Source: the human T2T-CHM13v2.0 reference genome, Homo sapiens. Taken from it: a stretch of DNA of 64,000 nucleotides. The translations under genes and the position numbers were made by a program. Position 1 is the stretch's first letter. Each line of letters begins with the position of its first letter. This document shows positions 1 to 15,000 of this stretch, piece after piece. The stretch lies in NCBI RefSeq assembly GCF_009914755.1, contig NC_060940.1; one strand, given 5' to 3'. Below the pieces are notes generated by a model. It was given only the letters and a program-made list of their open reading frames with translations. It did not search any database and had not been told where the DNA came from.

Positions 1-3000
1 ATTCAATGATTCCATTCCATTTCTTTCAACAATGATTCCATTAGTTTCTAATCGATGATCCACTTGATTCCATTTGACGACGATTCCATTCTTGTCCATT
101 CGATGATTCCATTTGATTCCATACGATGATGATTCCATTCGATTCCATACGATGATGATTCCATTCGAGTCCATTCAATGGTGATTCCATTCAATTCCAT
201 TCGGTGATTCCTTTCGATTCCATTCGATGATGATGGCATTCGATTCCTTTCAATCATTCCATTTGATTCCATTCAAAGGTGATTTCATTCAAGTCCATTC
301 GATAATTGCATTCGATTCCATTCTATGAGGATTCCATTCGAGTCCATTTGATGATTCCATTCAATTCAAGTCAATGATGATTCCATTCGATTCCATTCGA
401 TGATTCCATTGGATTCCATTCGATGATGATTCCATTCAAATCCATTCGATAATTCAATTCAAGTCCATTCGATGATGATTCCAATCGAATCCATTCAAAG
501 ATTCCATTCAGTTTCATTCGATGATTCCCTTAGATTCCATTCGATGATTCCACTTGATTCCATTTACGATGATTCCATTCGATTCCATGTGATGATTCCA
601 TTCAATTCTATTCAATGCTTTTTCCATTTGATTCCATTCGACCATGATTGCCTTTGATTCCATTCAATGATTCCATTCGGTTCCTTTTGATGATGATTCC
701 GTTCGATTCCATTTGATGATTCCACTGGATTCCATTGGATGAGTCCATTCCATTACATTCGATGATTATTCCATTCGAGTGCATTAGATGATTCCATTCG
801 AGTCCATTCGATGATTCCATTCGATTCCATTCGATGTTGATTCTGTTCAAATCCATTCGATGATTCCACTCGATTCCATTCGATGACTCCAGTTGATCCC
901 ATTCGATGATTTCCTTTGATTCCCTTTGATGATCATTCCATTTGATTCAATTCGGTGATTTCATTTGATTCCATTCAGTGATGTTTCCATTCGACTCCAT
1001 TCGATGATGATTCCATTCGACTCCATTCGATTATGATTTCATTCAATTCCATTCGATAATGATTCCCTTCGAGTCCATTCGATGATTCCATTCGATTCCA
1101 TTCAACGATGATTTGATTCGTGTCCATTCGATGATTCCATTTGATTCCAGTTGATGAGGATTCCATTCGAGTCCATTTGATGATTCCATTCAATTCCATT
1201 CTCCGATGATTTCTTTTGAGCCCATTCAATGCTTCCACTCGATTCCATATGATGATGACTCCATTCGATGAAATTCGATGATGATTCCATTCGCTTGCAT
1301 TCGATGATGATTCCACTTGAGTCCGTTAGAAGATTCTATTCAATTACATTCCATGACGATTCTGTTCGAGTCCATTTGATGATTCCATTAGACTCCATTC
1401 GACGATGATTCCATTCGATGTTATTCGATGATTCCATTCGATCTCATTCGATGATGATTCCATTCAACTCCATTCGATGTTTCCATTCGAGTTCATTCTA
1501 TTATTCCATTAGATTCCATTCGATGATGATTCCATTCGATTCCATTTGATGATTGCATTCTATTTCATTTGATGATGATTCCATTCGAGTCCACTCGATG
1601 ATTCCATTCGAGTCCATTTAATGAATCCATTGGTTTCAATTCTATGATGATTACATTGGATTCCATTCGTTGATGATTTCATTCGGTTCCATTCAATGAT
1701 GATTCCATTCAATTCCTTTCAATGTTTCCATTCAATTCCATACGATGATGATTCCATTTGATTTGATTCGACAGTGAGCCATTCGATTCAATTCCATGAT
1801 GATTCTATTTGATTCAATTGGTTGACATTTCCATTCGATTCCATTCGATGATGATTCCCTTTGATTCCGTTCAAAGATGATTCCATTCTAGCCCATTCAA
1901 TCATTCCATTCGATTCTATTCAATGATGATTCCATTCATGTCGATTTGGTGATTCCATTTGACTTCATTTGATGATGATTCCTTTCAAGTTCATTAGATG
2001 ATTCCATTCGATTCCATTTGATGATGATCCCATTCGAGTCCATTCAGTGATTCCATTCGTTTCCATTCCATGATGATTCCATTCCATTCCATTCAATGAT
2101 TCCATTCGATTCCGTTTGATGATGATTTCATTCGAGTCCATTTGATGATTCCATTTGATTCCATTCGATGATGATTCCATTCGAGTCCATTCGATGATTG
2201 TATTCAAATCCATTTGATGATTTCTTTTGATTATATTTGGTGATGATTCCATTGGAGTCCATTCAATGATTCCATTCGATTCCAATCGATGGTGATTCCA
2301 TTAGAGTCCATTTAATGATTCCATTTGATTCCAGTCTCTGATGATTACATTCGAGTCCATACGATGATTCCACTCAATTCCATATGATGATGATTCCATT
2401 CGATTCCATTCGATGATTCCATTCTATTCTATTCAATGGTGATTCCATTCGAGTACATTAGATGATTCCATTCGATTCCATTCAATGATGATTCTATTTG
2501 TGTCCCTTAGATGATTCCACATGATTCCATTAGATGATGATACTATTTGAGCCCATCCAATGATTCCCTTCGATTCCATTCGATGAGGATTCCATTCGAT
2601 TCAATTCATTGGTGATTCTATTCAATTCAATTCTTTGATTCCATTCCATTCCATTCGACAATGATTCCATTCGATTTCTTTCGATGATTCCACTCGATTC
2701 CACTTGACATTGATTCCATTCGATTCCATTCAATGATTCCACTTGATTCCAGTGGATGATGATTGCCATCGATTCCATTCGATCACTCCATTCTATTCCA
2801 TTTGATGATAATTACATTCGATTACATTTGATGATTCCATCTGATTCTATTCGAGGATTCCATTTGATTCCATTCGATGATGATTCCATTCGAGTCCATT
2901 CGATGATTTCATTCGAGTACATCCAATGATTCCATTCGAGTCCATTTGATGATTCCATTTGATTCCATTTGATAATGATTCTACTAGAGTCCATTCAATG

Positions 3001-6000
3001 ACTCCATTGGAGTCCATTCAACAATTCCATTAGACTCCATTCGATGATTCCATTCGATTCCATTTGATGATTCCATTCGAGTCCATTTAATCATTACAGT
3101 CGAGTCCATTTGGTGATTCCACTGGATTTCCTTTGATAATGATACCATTCAATTACATTTGATGATGATCCCATTCAATTTCATTTGATGATGATTCCAT
3201 TAGAGTCCATTCGATGATTTCATTCGAGTCCCTTCATTGATTCCATCCGATTTCATTGGATGATGACTCCATTCGAGTCCATTCGATGATTCCACTCGAT
3301 TCCATTAGATGATTCCATTGGAGTCCATTTCATTGTTCCATTCGATTCCATTCGATTCCTTTCGAAGATTATTCCATTTGAGTCCATTCGATGATGATTC
3401 CATTCCATTCCATTCGATGATTCCGTTTGATTCCATTCGATGATTCCCTTCGATTCCTTTCTTTGATGATTCCATTCCATTCCATTCAATGATTCCATTC
3501 GAATCTATTCCATGATGATTCCTTTCGATTCCATTCGCTGATGTTTCCGTTCAATTCCATTCGATGATGATTCCATTCGATTCCATTCATTGAGGATTCC
3601 ATTTGATTCCATTCAATGATGATTCCGTTCTATTCCATTCAATGATTGCATTCAATTCCATTCAATGATTATCCCCTTAGAGTAAACTCAACGATTCCAT
3701 TCAATACCATTCGATGATGATTCCTTTTGAGTCCATTCAATGATTTCATTCAAGTCCATTTGATGATTCCTTTCAATTCCATTCTATGATGATTCCATTC
3801 GAGTCCATTCGATGATTCCATTCGATTGCATTCGATGATTCCATTGTATTCCATTCAATGATGATTCCATTCGAGTCCATTCGATGTTTCCACTAGAGTA
3901 CATTTATTGATTGCTTTGTTTTCAATTCGAAGATGATTACATTGGATTCCATTCTATGATACCATTCGATTCCATTCAATGATGATTCCACTCAAATCCA
4001 TTGGATGATTCCATTCGTGTCCATTCGGTGATTTCATTAGATTCCATTCGAGGATGATTCCATTCGATTCCATTCGATGATTCCATTCAATTCCATTCGA
4101 TGATGATTCCATTCCAGTCCATATGATCATTCCATTTGATTTCATTCGATGATGATTCCATTCGATTCCATTCGATGATTCCATTCTATTCCATTCGATG
4201 ATGATTCCATTCGAGTCCATTCGATGATTGCATTCGAGTCCATTTAATGATTCCATTGGGTTCAATTCAATGATGATTACATTGGATTCCGTTCTATGAT
4301 TCCATTCAATTCCGTTCATTGACAATTTGATTCCATTCGATGATGATTCCATTTGAGTTCATTCGATGATTCTATTCGATTCTCTTCGATGGTGATTCAA
4401 TTCTATTATATTGGATGATTCCATTCGATTCCATTTGATGTTGATTCAATTCGATTCTATTCGATGATGATTCCATTGGATTTCACTTGATGATTCTATT
4501 CGATTCCATTCAATGATGATTCACTTCTCGTCCATTGGATGATTTCATTTCATTCCATTCGATGATGATTCCATTCGATTCCATTCGATGATTCCATTTG
4601 ATTCCATGCGACGGTGAGCAATTCGATTCAATTCCATGATGATTCTATTTGATTCAATTAGATGATGTTTCCATTCGAATCCATTCCATGATTATTCCAT
4701 TGGAATCCATTCGGCGATGATTCCATATGAGTCAATTCAATGATGATTCCATATGGGTCCGTTCGATGATAATTCCATTTGATTTCATTCGATGCTTCTA
4801 TTCAATTCCAGTTGATGATGATTCCGTTGGAGTCCATACGATGATTCCATTTGATTTCATTTGATGATGATTCCATTCGATGATGATTACATTGGATTCC
4901 ATTCTATGATTCCATTCAATTCCATTCGTTGATGATTCGATTCCATTCAATGATGATTCCATTTGAGTTCATTCGATGATTCTATTCGATTCCGTTCGAT
5001 GGTGATTCAATTCTATTATATTGGATGATTCCACTCGATTCCATTTGATGATTATTCCATTGGAGTCCACTTAGTGAATCCTTTAGATTCTACTCGAAGA
5101 TGATTCCATTCGAGTCCATTCAATGATACCATTCAATTTCATTCGTTGATGCTTCCATTCAAGTGCATTCGATGATATCATTCGATTCCATTTGATGATA
5201 ATTCCATTTGATTCCATGCGATGATTCTATTCGATTCCATTCAATGATAATTCCATTCAATTCAGTGATTCCTCTGGACTCCATTTGATGATGATTCCAT
5301 TCAATGATTCCATTCGATTCTATTCCAAAATGATTCCATTTGAATCCATTTGATGATGATTCCGTTGGATTCCATTTGATGATTCCATTCGATTCCATTC
5401 GATGATGATTCCATTCGATTCCATTTGATGATTCCATTCTATTGTATTCGATGATGATTCCATTCGATTCCATTCGATGATGATTGGATTCGATTCCATT
5501 TGATGATTTCATTTGATTCCATTCGATAATGATTTCGATCAATTCCATTCGATGATTCCATTCGATTCCATTCGATAATGATTACATCCGAGTCCATTCG
5601 ATGATTCCATTTGAGCCCGTTCGATAATTCCATTTGAGTCTAATCAATGATTCCATTCATTTCCATTCAATGATTCCATTCGAGTCCATTTGATCATTCC
5701 GGTAGGGTTCGTTCGATGTTGATTCCATTGGAGTGCATTCGATGATTCCATTCGAGTCCATTTTAGGATTTGATTCGAGTCCTTTCGATGATTCCATTCG
5801 ATTCCACTCGATGATTTCATTCGAGTCCATTCGACACTTCCAATCGATTCCATTTGATGTTTCCATTCGAGTCCAATTGATGATTCCATTCAATTCCATT
5901 CGATGATGATTCCGTACGATTCCATTCTGTGATGATTCCATGTGATTGCATTCAATGATGATTCCTTTCGATTGCATTCGATTATGATTCATTTTGTGTT

Positions 6001-9000
6001 CATTCTATGGTTCCACAGGTTTCCATTCGTGTCCATTCCATTATTCCATTCTATTCCATTTGATGATGATTCCATTCGATTCCATTCATTGGTGATTCCA
6101 CTCAATTCCATTCAATGATTCCATTCCATTTCTTTCAACAATGATTCCATTAGTTTCTAATCGATGATCCACTTGATTCCATTTGACGACGATTCCATTC
6201 TTGTCCATTCGATGATTCCATTTGATTCCATACGATGATGATTCCATTCGATTCCATACGATGATGATTCCATTCGAGTCCATTCAATGGTGATTCCATT
6301 CAATTCCATTCGGTGATTCCTTTCGATTCCATTCGATGATGATGGCATTCGATTCCTTTCAATCATTCCCTTTGATTCCATTCCAAGGTGATTTCATTCA
6401 AGTCCATTCGATAATTGCATTCGATTCCATTCTATGAGGATTCCATTCGAGTCCATTTGATGATTCCATTCAATTCAAGTCAATGATGATTCCATTCGAT
6501 TCCATTCGATGATTCCATTGGATTCCATTCGATGATGATTCCATTCAAATCCATTCGATAATTCAATTCAAGTCCATTCGATGATGATTCCAATCGAATC
6601 CATTCAAAGATTCCATTCAGTTTCATTCGATGATTCCCTTAGATTCCATTCGATGATTCCACTTGATTCCATTTACGATGATTCCATTCGATTCCATGTG
6701 ATGATTCCATTCAATTCTATTCAATGCTTTTTCCATTTGATTCCATTCGACCATGATTGCCTTTGATTCCATTCAATGATTCCATTCGGTTCCTTTTGAT
6801 GATGATTCCGTTCGATTCCATTTGATGATTCCACTGGATTCCATTGGATGAGTCCATTCCATTACATTCGATGATTATTCCATTCGAGTGCATTAGATGA
6901 TTCCATTCGAGTCCATTCGATGATTCCATTCGATTCCATTCGATGTTGATTCTGTTCAAATCCATTCGATGATTCCACTCGATTCCATTCGATGACTCCA
7001 GTTGATCCCATTCGATGATTTCCTTTGATTCCCTTTGATGATCATTCCATTTGATTCAATTCGGTGATTTCATTTGATTCCATTCAGTGATGTTTCCATT
7101 CGACTCCATTCGATGATGATTCCATTCGACTCCATTCGATTATGATTTCATTCAATTCCATTCGATAATGATTCCCTTCGAGTCCATTCGATGATTCCAT
7201 TCGATTCCATTCAACGATGATTTGATTCGTGTCCATTCGATGATTCCATTTGATTCCAGTTGATGAGGATTCCATTCGAGTCCATTTGATGATTCCATTC
7301 AATTCCATTCTCCGATGATTTCTTTTGAGCCCATTCAATGCTTCCACTCGATTCCATATGATGATGACTCCATTCGATGAAATTCGATGATGATTCCATT
7401 CGCTTGCATTCGATGATGATTCCACTTGAGTCCGTTAGAAGATTCTATTCAATTACATTCCATGACGATTCCGTTCGAGTCCATTTGATGATTCCATTAG
7501 ACTCCATTCGACGATGATTCCATTCGATGTTATTCGATGATTCCATTCGATCTCATTCGATGATGATTCCATTCAACTCCATTCGATGTTTCCATTCGAG
7601 TTCATTCTATTATTCCATTAGATTCCATTCGATGATGATTCCATTCGATTCCATTTGATGATTGCATTCTATTTCATTTGATGATGATTCCATTCGAGTC
7701 CACTCGATGATTCCATTCGAGTCCATTTAATGAATCCATTGGTTTCAATTCTATGATGATTACATTGGATTCCATTCGTTGATGATTTCATTCGGTTCCA
7801 TTCAATGATGATTCCATTCAATTCCTTTCAATGTTTCCATTCAATTCCATACGATGATGATTCCATTTGATTTGATTCGACAGTGAGCCATTCGATTCAA
7901 TTCCATGATGATTCTATTTGATTCAATTGGTTGACATTTCCATTCGATTCCATTCGATGATGATTCCCTTTGATTCCATTCAAAGATGATTCCATTCTAG
8001 CCCATTCAATCATTCCATTCGATTCTATTCAATGATGATTCCATTCATGTCGATTTGGTGATTCCATTTGACTTCATTTGATGATGATTCCTTTCAAGTT
8101 CATTAGATGATTCCATTCGATTCCATTTGATGATGATCCCATTCGAGTCCATTCAGTGATTCCATTCGTTTCCATTCCATGATGATTCCATTCCATTCCA
8201 TTCAATGATTCCATTCGATTCCGTTTGATGATGATTTCATTCGAGTCCATTTGATGATTCCATTTGATTCCATTCGATGATGATTCCATTCGAGTCCATT
8301 CGATGATTGTATTCAAATCCATTTGATGATTTCTTTTGATTATATTTGGTGATGATTCCATTGGAGTCCATTCAATGATTCCATTCGATTCCAATCGATG
8401 GTGATTCCATTAGAGTCCATTTAATGATTCCATTTGATTCCAGTCTCTGATGATTACATTCGAGTCCATACGATGATTCCACTCAATTCCATATGATGAT
8501 GATTCCATTCGATTCCATTCGATGATTCCATTCTATTCTATTCAATGGTGATTCCATTCGAGTACATTAGATGATTCCATTCGATTCCATTCAATGATGA
8601 TTCTATTTGTGTCCCTTAGATGATTCCACATGATTCCATTACATGATGATACTATTTGAGCCCATCCAATGATTCCCTTCGATTCCATTCGATGAGGATT
8701 CCATTCGATTCAATTCATTGGTGATTCTATTCAATTCAATTCTTTGATTCCATTCCATTCCATTCGACAATGATTCCATTCGATTTCTTTCGATGATTCC
8801 ACTCGATTCCACTTGACATTGATTCCATTCGATTCCATTCAATGATTCCACTTGATTCCAGTGGATGATGATTGCCATCGATTCCATTCGATCACTCCAT
8901 TCTATTCCAATTGATGATAATTACATTCGATTACATTTGATGATTCCATCTGATTCTATTCGAGGATTCCATTTGATTCCATTCGATGATGATTCCATTC

Positions 9001-12000
9001 GAGTCCATTCGATGATTTCATTCGAGTACATCCAATGATTCCATTCAAGTCCATTTGATGATTCCATTTGATTCCATTTGATAATGATTCTACTAGAGTC
9101 CATTCAATGACTCCATTGGAGTCCATTCAACAATTCCATTAGACTCCATTCGATGATTCCTTTCGATTCCATTTGATGATTCCATTCGAGTCCATTTAAT
9201 CATTACAGTCGAGTCCATTTGGTGATTCCACTGGATTTCCTTTGATAATGATACCATTCAATTACATTTGATGATGATCCCATTCAATTTCATTTGATGA
9301 TGATTCCATTAGAGTCCATTCGATGATTTCATTCGAGTCCCTTCATTGATTCCATCCGATTTCATTGGATGATGACTCCATTCGAGTCCATTCGATGATT
9401 CCACTCGATTCCATTAGATGATTACATTGGAGTCCATTTGATTGTTCCATTCGATTCCATTCGATTCCTTTCGAAGATTATTCCATTTGAGTCCATTCGA
9501 TGATGATTCCATTCCATTCCATTCGATGATTCCGTTTGATTCCATTCGATGATTCCCTTCGATTCCTTTCTTTGATGATTCCATTCCATTCCATTCAATG
9601 ATTCCATTCGAATCTATTCCATGATGATTCCTTTCGATTCCATTCGCTGATGTTTCCGTTCAATTCCATTCGATGATGATTCCATTCGATTCCATTCATT
9701 GAGGATTCCATTTGATTCCATTAAATGATGATTCCGTTCTATTCCATTCAATGATTGCATTCAATTCCATTCAATGATTATCCCCTTAGAGTAAACTCAA
9801 CGATTCCATTCAATACCATTCGATGATGATTCCTTTTGAGTCCATTCAATGATTTCATTCAAGTCCATTTGATGATTCCTTTCAATTCCATTCTATGATG
9901 ATTCCATTCGAGTCCATTCGATGATTCCATTCGATTGCATTCGATGATTCCATTGTATTCCATTCAATGATGATTCCATTCGAGTCCATTCGATGTTTCC
10001 ACTAGAGTACATTTATTGATTGCTTTGTTTTCAATTCGAAGATGATTACATTGGATTCCATTCTATGATACCATTCGATTCCATTCAATGATGATTCCAC
10101 TCAAATCCATTGGATGATTCCATTCGTGTCCATTCGGTGATTTCATTAGATTCCATTCGAGGATGATTCCATTCGATTCCATTCGATGATTCCATTCAAT
10201 TCCATTCGATGATGATTCCATTCCAGTCCATATGATCATTCCATTTGATTTCATTCGATGATGATTCCATTCGATTCCATTCGATGATTCCATTCTATTC
10301 CATTCGATGATGATTCCATTCGAGTCCATTCGATGATTGCATTCGAGTCCATTTAATGATTCCATTGGGTTCAATTCAATGATGATTACATTGGATTCCG
10401 TTCTATGATTCCATTCAATTCCGTTCATTGACAATTTGATTCCATTCGATGATGATTCCATTTGAGTTCATTCGATGATTCTATTCGATTCTCTTCGATG
10501 GTGATTCAATTCTATTATATTGGATGATTCCATTCGATTCCATTTGATGTTGATTCAATTCGATTCTATTCGATGATGATTCCATTGGATTTCACTTGAT
10601 GATTCTATTCGATTCCATTCAATGATGATTCACTTCTCGTCCATTGGATGATTCCATTTCATTCCATTCGATGATGATTCCATTCGATTCCATTCGATGA
10701 TTCCATTTGATTCCATGCGACGGTGAGCAATTCGATTCAATTCCATGATGATTCTATTTGATTCAATTAGATGATGTTTCCATTCGAATCCATTCCATGA
10801 TTATTCCATTGGAATCCATTCGGCGATGATTCCATATGAGTCAATTCAATGATGATTCCATATGGGTCCGTTCGATGATAATTCCATTTGATTTCATTCG
10901 ATGCTTCTATTCAATTCCAGTTGATGATGATTCCGTTGGAGTCCATACGATGATTCCATTTGATTTCATTTGATGATGATTCCATTCGATGATGATTACA
11001 TTGGATTCCATTCTATGATTCCATTCAATTCCATTCGTTGATGATTCGATTCCATTCAATGATGATTCCATTTGAGTTCATTCGATGATTCTATTCGATT
11101 CCGTTCGATGGTGATTCAATTCTCTTATATTGGATGATTCGACTCGATTCCATTTGATGATTATTCCATTGGAGTCCACTTAGTGAATCCTTTAGATTCT
11201 ACTCGAAGATGATTCCATTCGAGTCCATTCAATGATACCATTCAATTTCATTCGTTGATGCTTCCATTCAAGTGCATTCGATGATATCATTCGATTCCAT
11301 TTGATGATAATTCCATTTGATTCCATGCGATGATTCTATTCGATTCCATTCAATGATAATTCCATTCAATTCAGTGATTCCTCTGGACTCCATTTGATGA
11401 TGATTCCATTCAATGATTCCATTCGATTCTATTCCAAAATGATTCCATTTGAATCCATTTGATGATGATTCCGTTGGATTCCATTTGATGATTCCATTCG
11501 ATTCCATTCGATGATGATTCCATTCGATTCCATTGGATTCCATTTGATGATTCCATTCGATTCCATTCGATGATGATTCCATTCGATTCCATTTGATGAT
11601 TCCATTCTATTGTATTCGATGATGATTCCATTCGATTCCATTCGATGATGATTGGATTCGATTCCATTTGATGATTTCATTTGATTCCATTCGATAATGA
11701 TTACATCCGAGTCCATTCGATGATTCCATTTGAGCCCGTTCGATAATTCCATTTGAGTCTAATCAATGATTCCATTCATTTCCATTCAATGATTCCATTC
11801 GAGTCCATTTGATCATTCCGGTAGGGTCCGTTCGATGTTGATTCCATTGGAGTGCATTCGATGATTCCATTCGAGTCCATTTTAGGATTTGATTCGAGTC
11901 CTTTCGATGATTCCATTCGATTCCACTCGATGATTTCATTCGAGTCCATTCGACACTTCCAATCGATTCCATTTGATGTTTCCATTCGAGTCCAATTGAT

Positions 12001-12021
12001 GATTCCATTCAATTCCATTCG
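1..12021 (+). repeat. Two near-identical tandem copies of the ~6.1 kb higher-order unit (period 6109 bp); second copy cut short at ~12021
   Basis: Landmarks recur at +6109: ORF-track coordinates 48/6157, 608/6717, 975/7084, 1965/8074, 2530/8639, 3954/10063, 5159/11268, and the CGCTGATGTTTCCGTT motif at 3537/9646. The offset becomes 6119 after 11.5-11.7 kb because of a +59 and a -49 indel. Confidence 0.95.
4650..4660 (-). promoter_or_regulatory. Candidate DUX4-type double-homeodomain motif TAATTGAATCA (representative copy)
   Basis: The + strand reads TGATTCAATTA, whose reverse complement fits the DUX4 consensus TAAYBBAATCA. It recurs at 10759, 22143, 27006, 31456, 35906, 40333, 46444 and 57026. 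DUX4 binding to HSATII is established in general; occupancy of these particular sites is not shown. Confidence 0.35.
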
Positions 12022-15000
12022 CTGATGTTTCCGTTCAATTCCATTCGATGATGATTCCATTCGATTCCATTCATTGAGGATTCCATTTGATTCCATTCAA
12101 TGATGATTCCATTCTATTCCATTCAAAGATTGCATTCAATTCCATTCAATGATTATCCCATTAGAGTAAACTCAACGATTCCATTCAATACCATTCGATG
12201 ATGATTCCTTTTGAGTCCATTCAATGATTTCATTCAAGTCCATTTGATGATTCCTTTCAATTCCATTCTATGATGATTCCATTCGAGTCCATTCGATGAT
12301 TCCATTCGATTGCATTCGATGATTCCATTATATTCCATTCAACGATGATTCCATTCGAGTCCATTCGATGATTCCATTAGAGTACATTTAATGATTGCTT
12401 TGTTTTCAATTCGAAGATGATTACATTCGATTCCATTCGATGATTCCATTCGATTCCATTCGATAATGATTACATCCGAGTCCATTCGATGATTCCATTT
12501 GAGCCCGTTCGATAATTCCATTTGAGTCCAATCAATGATTCCATTCATTTCCATTCAATGATTCCATTCGAGTCCATTTGATCATTCCGGTAGGGTCCAT
12601 TCGATGTTGATTCCATTGGAGTGCATTCGATGATTCCATTCGAGTCCATTTTAGGATTTGATTCGAGTCCTTTGGATGATTCCACTCGACTCCACTCGAT
12701 GATGATTTCATTCGAGTCCATTCGACACTTCCAATCGATTCCATTTGATGTTTACTTTCGAGTCCAATTGATGATTCCATTCAATTCCATTCGATGATGA
12801 TTCCGTATGGTTCCATTCTGTGATGATTCCATGTGATTGCATTGAATGATGATTCCTTTCGATTGCATTCGATTATGATTCATTTCGTGTTCATTCTATG
12901 GTTCCACAGGTTTCCATTCGTGTCCATTCCATTATTCCATTCTATTCCATTTGATGATGATTCCATTCGATTCCATTCATTGGTGATTCCACTCAATTCC
13001 ATTCAATGATTCCATTCCATTGCTTTCAACAATGATTCCATTACTTTCTAATCGATGATCCACTTGATTCCATTTGACGATGATTCCATTCTTGTCCATT
13101 CGATGATTCCATTTGATTCCATATGATGATGATTCCATTCGATTCCATACGATGATGATTCCATTCGAGTCCATTCAATGGTGATTCCATTCAATTCCAT
13201 TCGATGATTCCTTTCGATTCCATTCGATGATGATGGCATTCGATTCCTTTCAATCATTCCCTTTGATTCCATTCAAAGGTGATTTCATTCAAGTCCATTG
13301 GATAATTGCATTCGATTCCATTCTATGATGATTCCATTCGAGTCCATTTGATGATTCCATTCAATTCAAGTCAATGATGATTCCATTCGATTCCATTCGA
13401 TGATTCCATTGGATTTCATTCGATGATAATTCCATTCAAATCCTTTCGATAATTCAATTCAAGTCCATTCGATGATGATTCCAATCGAATCCATTCAAAG
13501 ATTCCATTCAGTTCCATTCGATGATTCCCTTAGATTCCATTCGATGATTCCACTTGATTCCATTTACGATGATTCCATTCGATTCCATGTGATGATTCCA
13601 TTCAATTCTATTCAATGATGTTTCCATTTGATTCCATTCGAGCATGATTGCCTTTGATTCCATTCAATGATTCCATTCGGTTCCTTTTGATGATGATTCC
13701 GTTCGATTCCATTTGATGATTCCATTTGATTCCATTGGATGAGTCCATTCGATTACATTCGATGATAATTCCATTCGAGTGCATTAGATGATTCCATTCG
13801 AGTCCATTCGATGATTCCATTCGATTCCATTCGATGTTGATTCTGTTCAAATCCATTCGATGATTCCACTCGATTCCATTCGATGACTCCATTTGATCCC
13901 ATTCGATGATTTCCTGTGATTCCCTTTGATGATCATTCCATTTGATTCAATTCGGTGATTTCATTTGATTAAATTCAGTGATGTTTCCATTCGACTCCAT
14001 TCGATGATGATTCCATTCGACTCCATTCGATTATGATTTCATTCAATTCCATTCGATAATGATTCCCTTCGAGTCCATTCGATGATTCCATTCGATTCCA
14101 TTCAACAATGATTTGATTCGTGTCCATTTGATGATTCCATTTGATTCCACTTGATGATGATTCCATTCCTGTCCATTTGATGATTCCATTCAATTCCATT
14201 CTCTGATGATTTCTTTTGAGCCCATTCAATGCTTCCACTCGATTCCATATGATGATGACTCCATTCGATGAAATTCGATGATGATTCCATTCGCTTGCTT
14301 TCGATGATGATTCCACTTGAGTCCGTTAGAAGATTCTATTCAATTACATTCCATGACGATTCCGTTCGAGTCCATTTGATGATTCCATTAGACTCCATTC
14401 GACGATGATTCCATTCGATGTTATTCGATGATTCCATTCGATCTCATTCGTTGATGATTCCATTCAACTCCATTCGATGTTTCCATTCGAGTTCATTCTA
14501 TTATTCCATTAGATTCCATTCGATGATGTTTCCATTCGTTTCCATTTGATGATTGCATTCTATTTCATTTGATGATGATTCCATTCGAGTCCACTCGATG
14601 ATTCCATTCGAGTCCATTTAATGAATCAATTGGTTTCAATTCTATGATGATTACATTGGATTCCATTCGTTGATGATTTCATTCGGTTCCATTCAATGAT
14701 GATTCTATACAATTCCTTTCAATGTTTCCATTCAATTCCATACGATGATGATTCCATTTGATTTGATTCGACAGTGAGCCATTCGATTCAATTCCATGAT
14801 GATTCTATTTGATTCAATTGGTTGACATTTCCATTCGATTCCATTCGATGATGATTCCCTTTGATTCCATTCAAAGATGATTCCATTCTAGCCCATTCAA
14901 TCATTCCATTCGATTCTATTCAATGATGATTCCATTCATGTCGATTTGGTGATTCCATTTGACTTCATTTGATGATGATTCCTTTCAAGTTCATTAGATG

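Noticed and set aside
5695-5715. G-containing motif CCGGTAGGGT(T/C)C, unusual in this G-poor strand
   Set aside because: It is too short for a G-quadruplex or telomeric seed and is best read as a mutated CCATTCGAGTCC module. It is useful only as a landmark.
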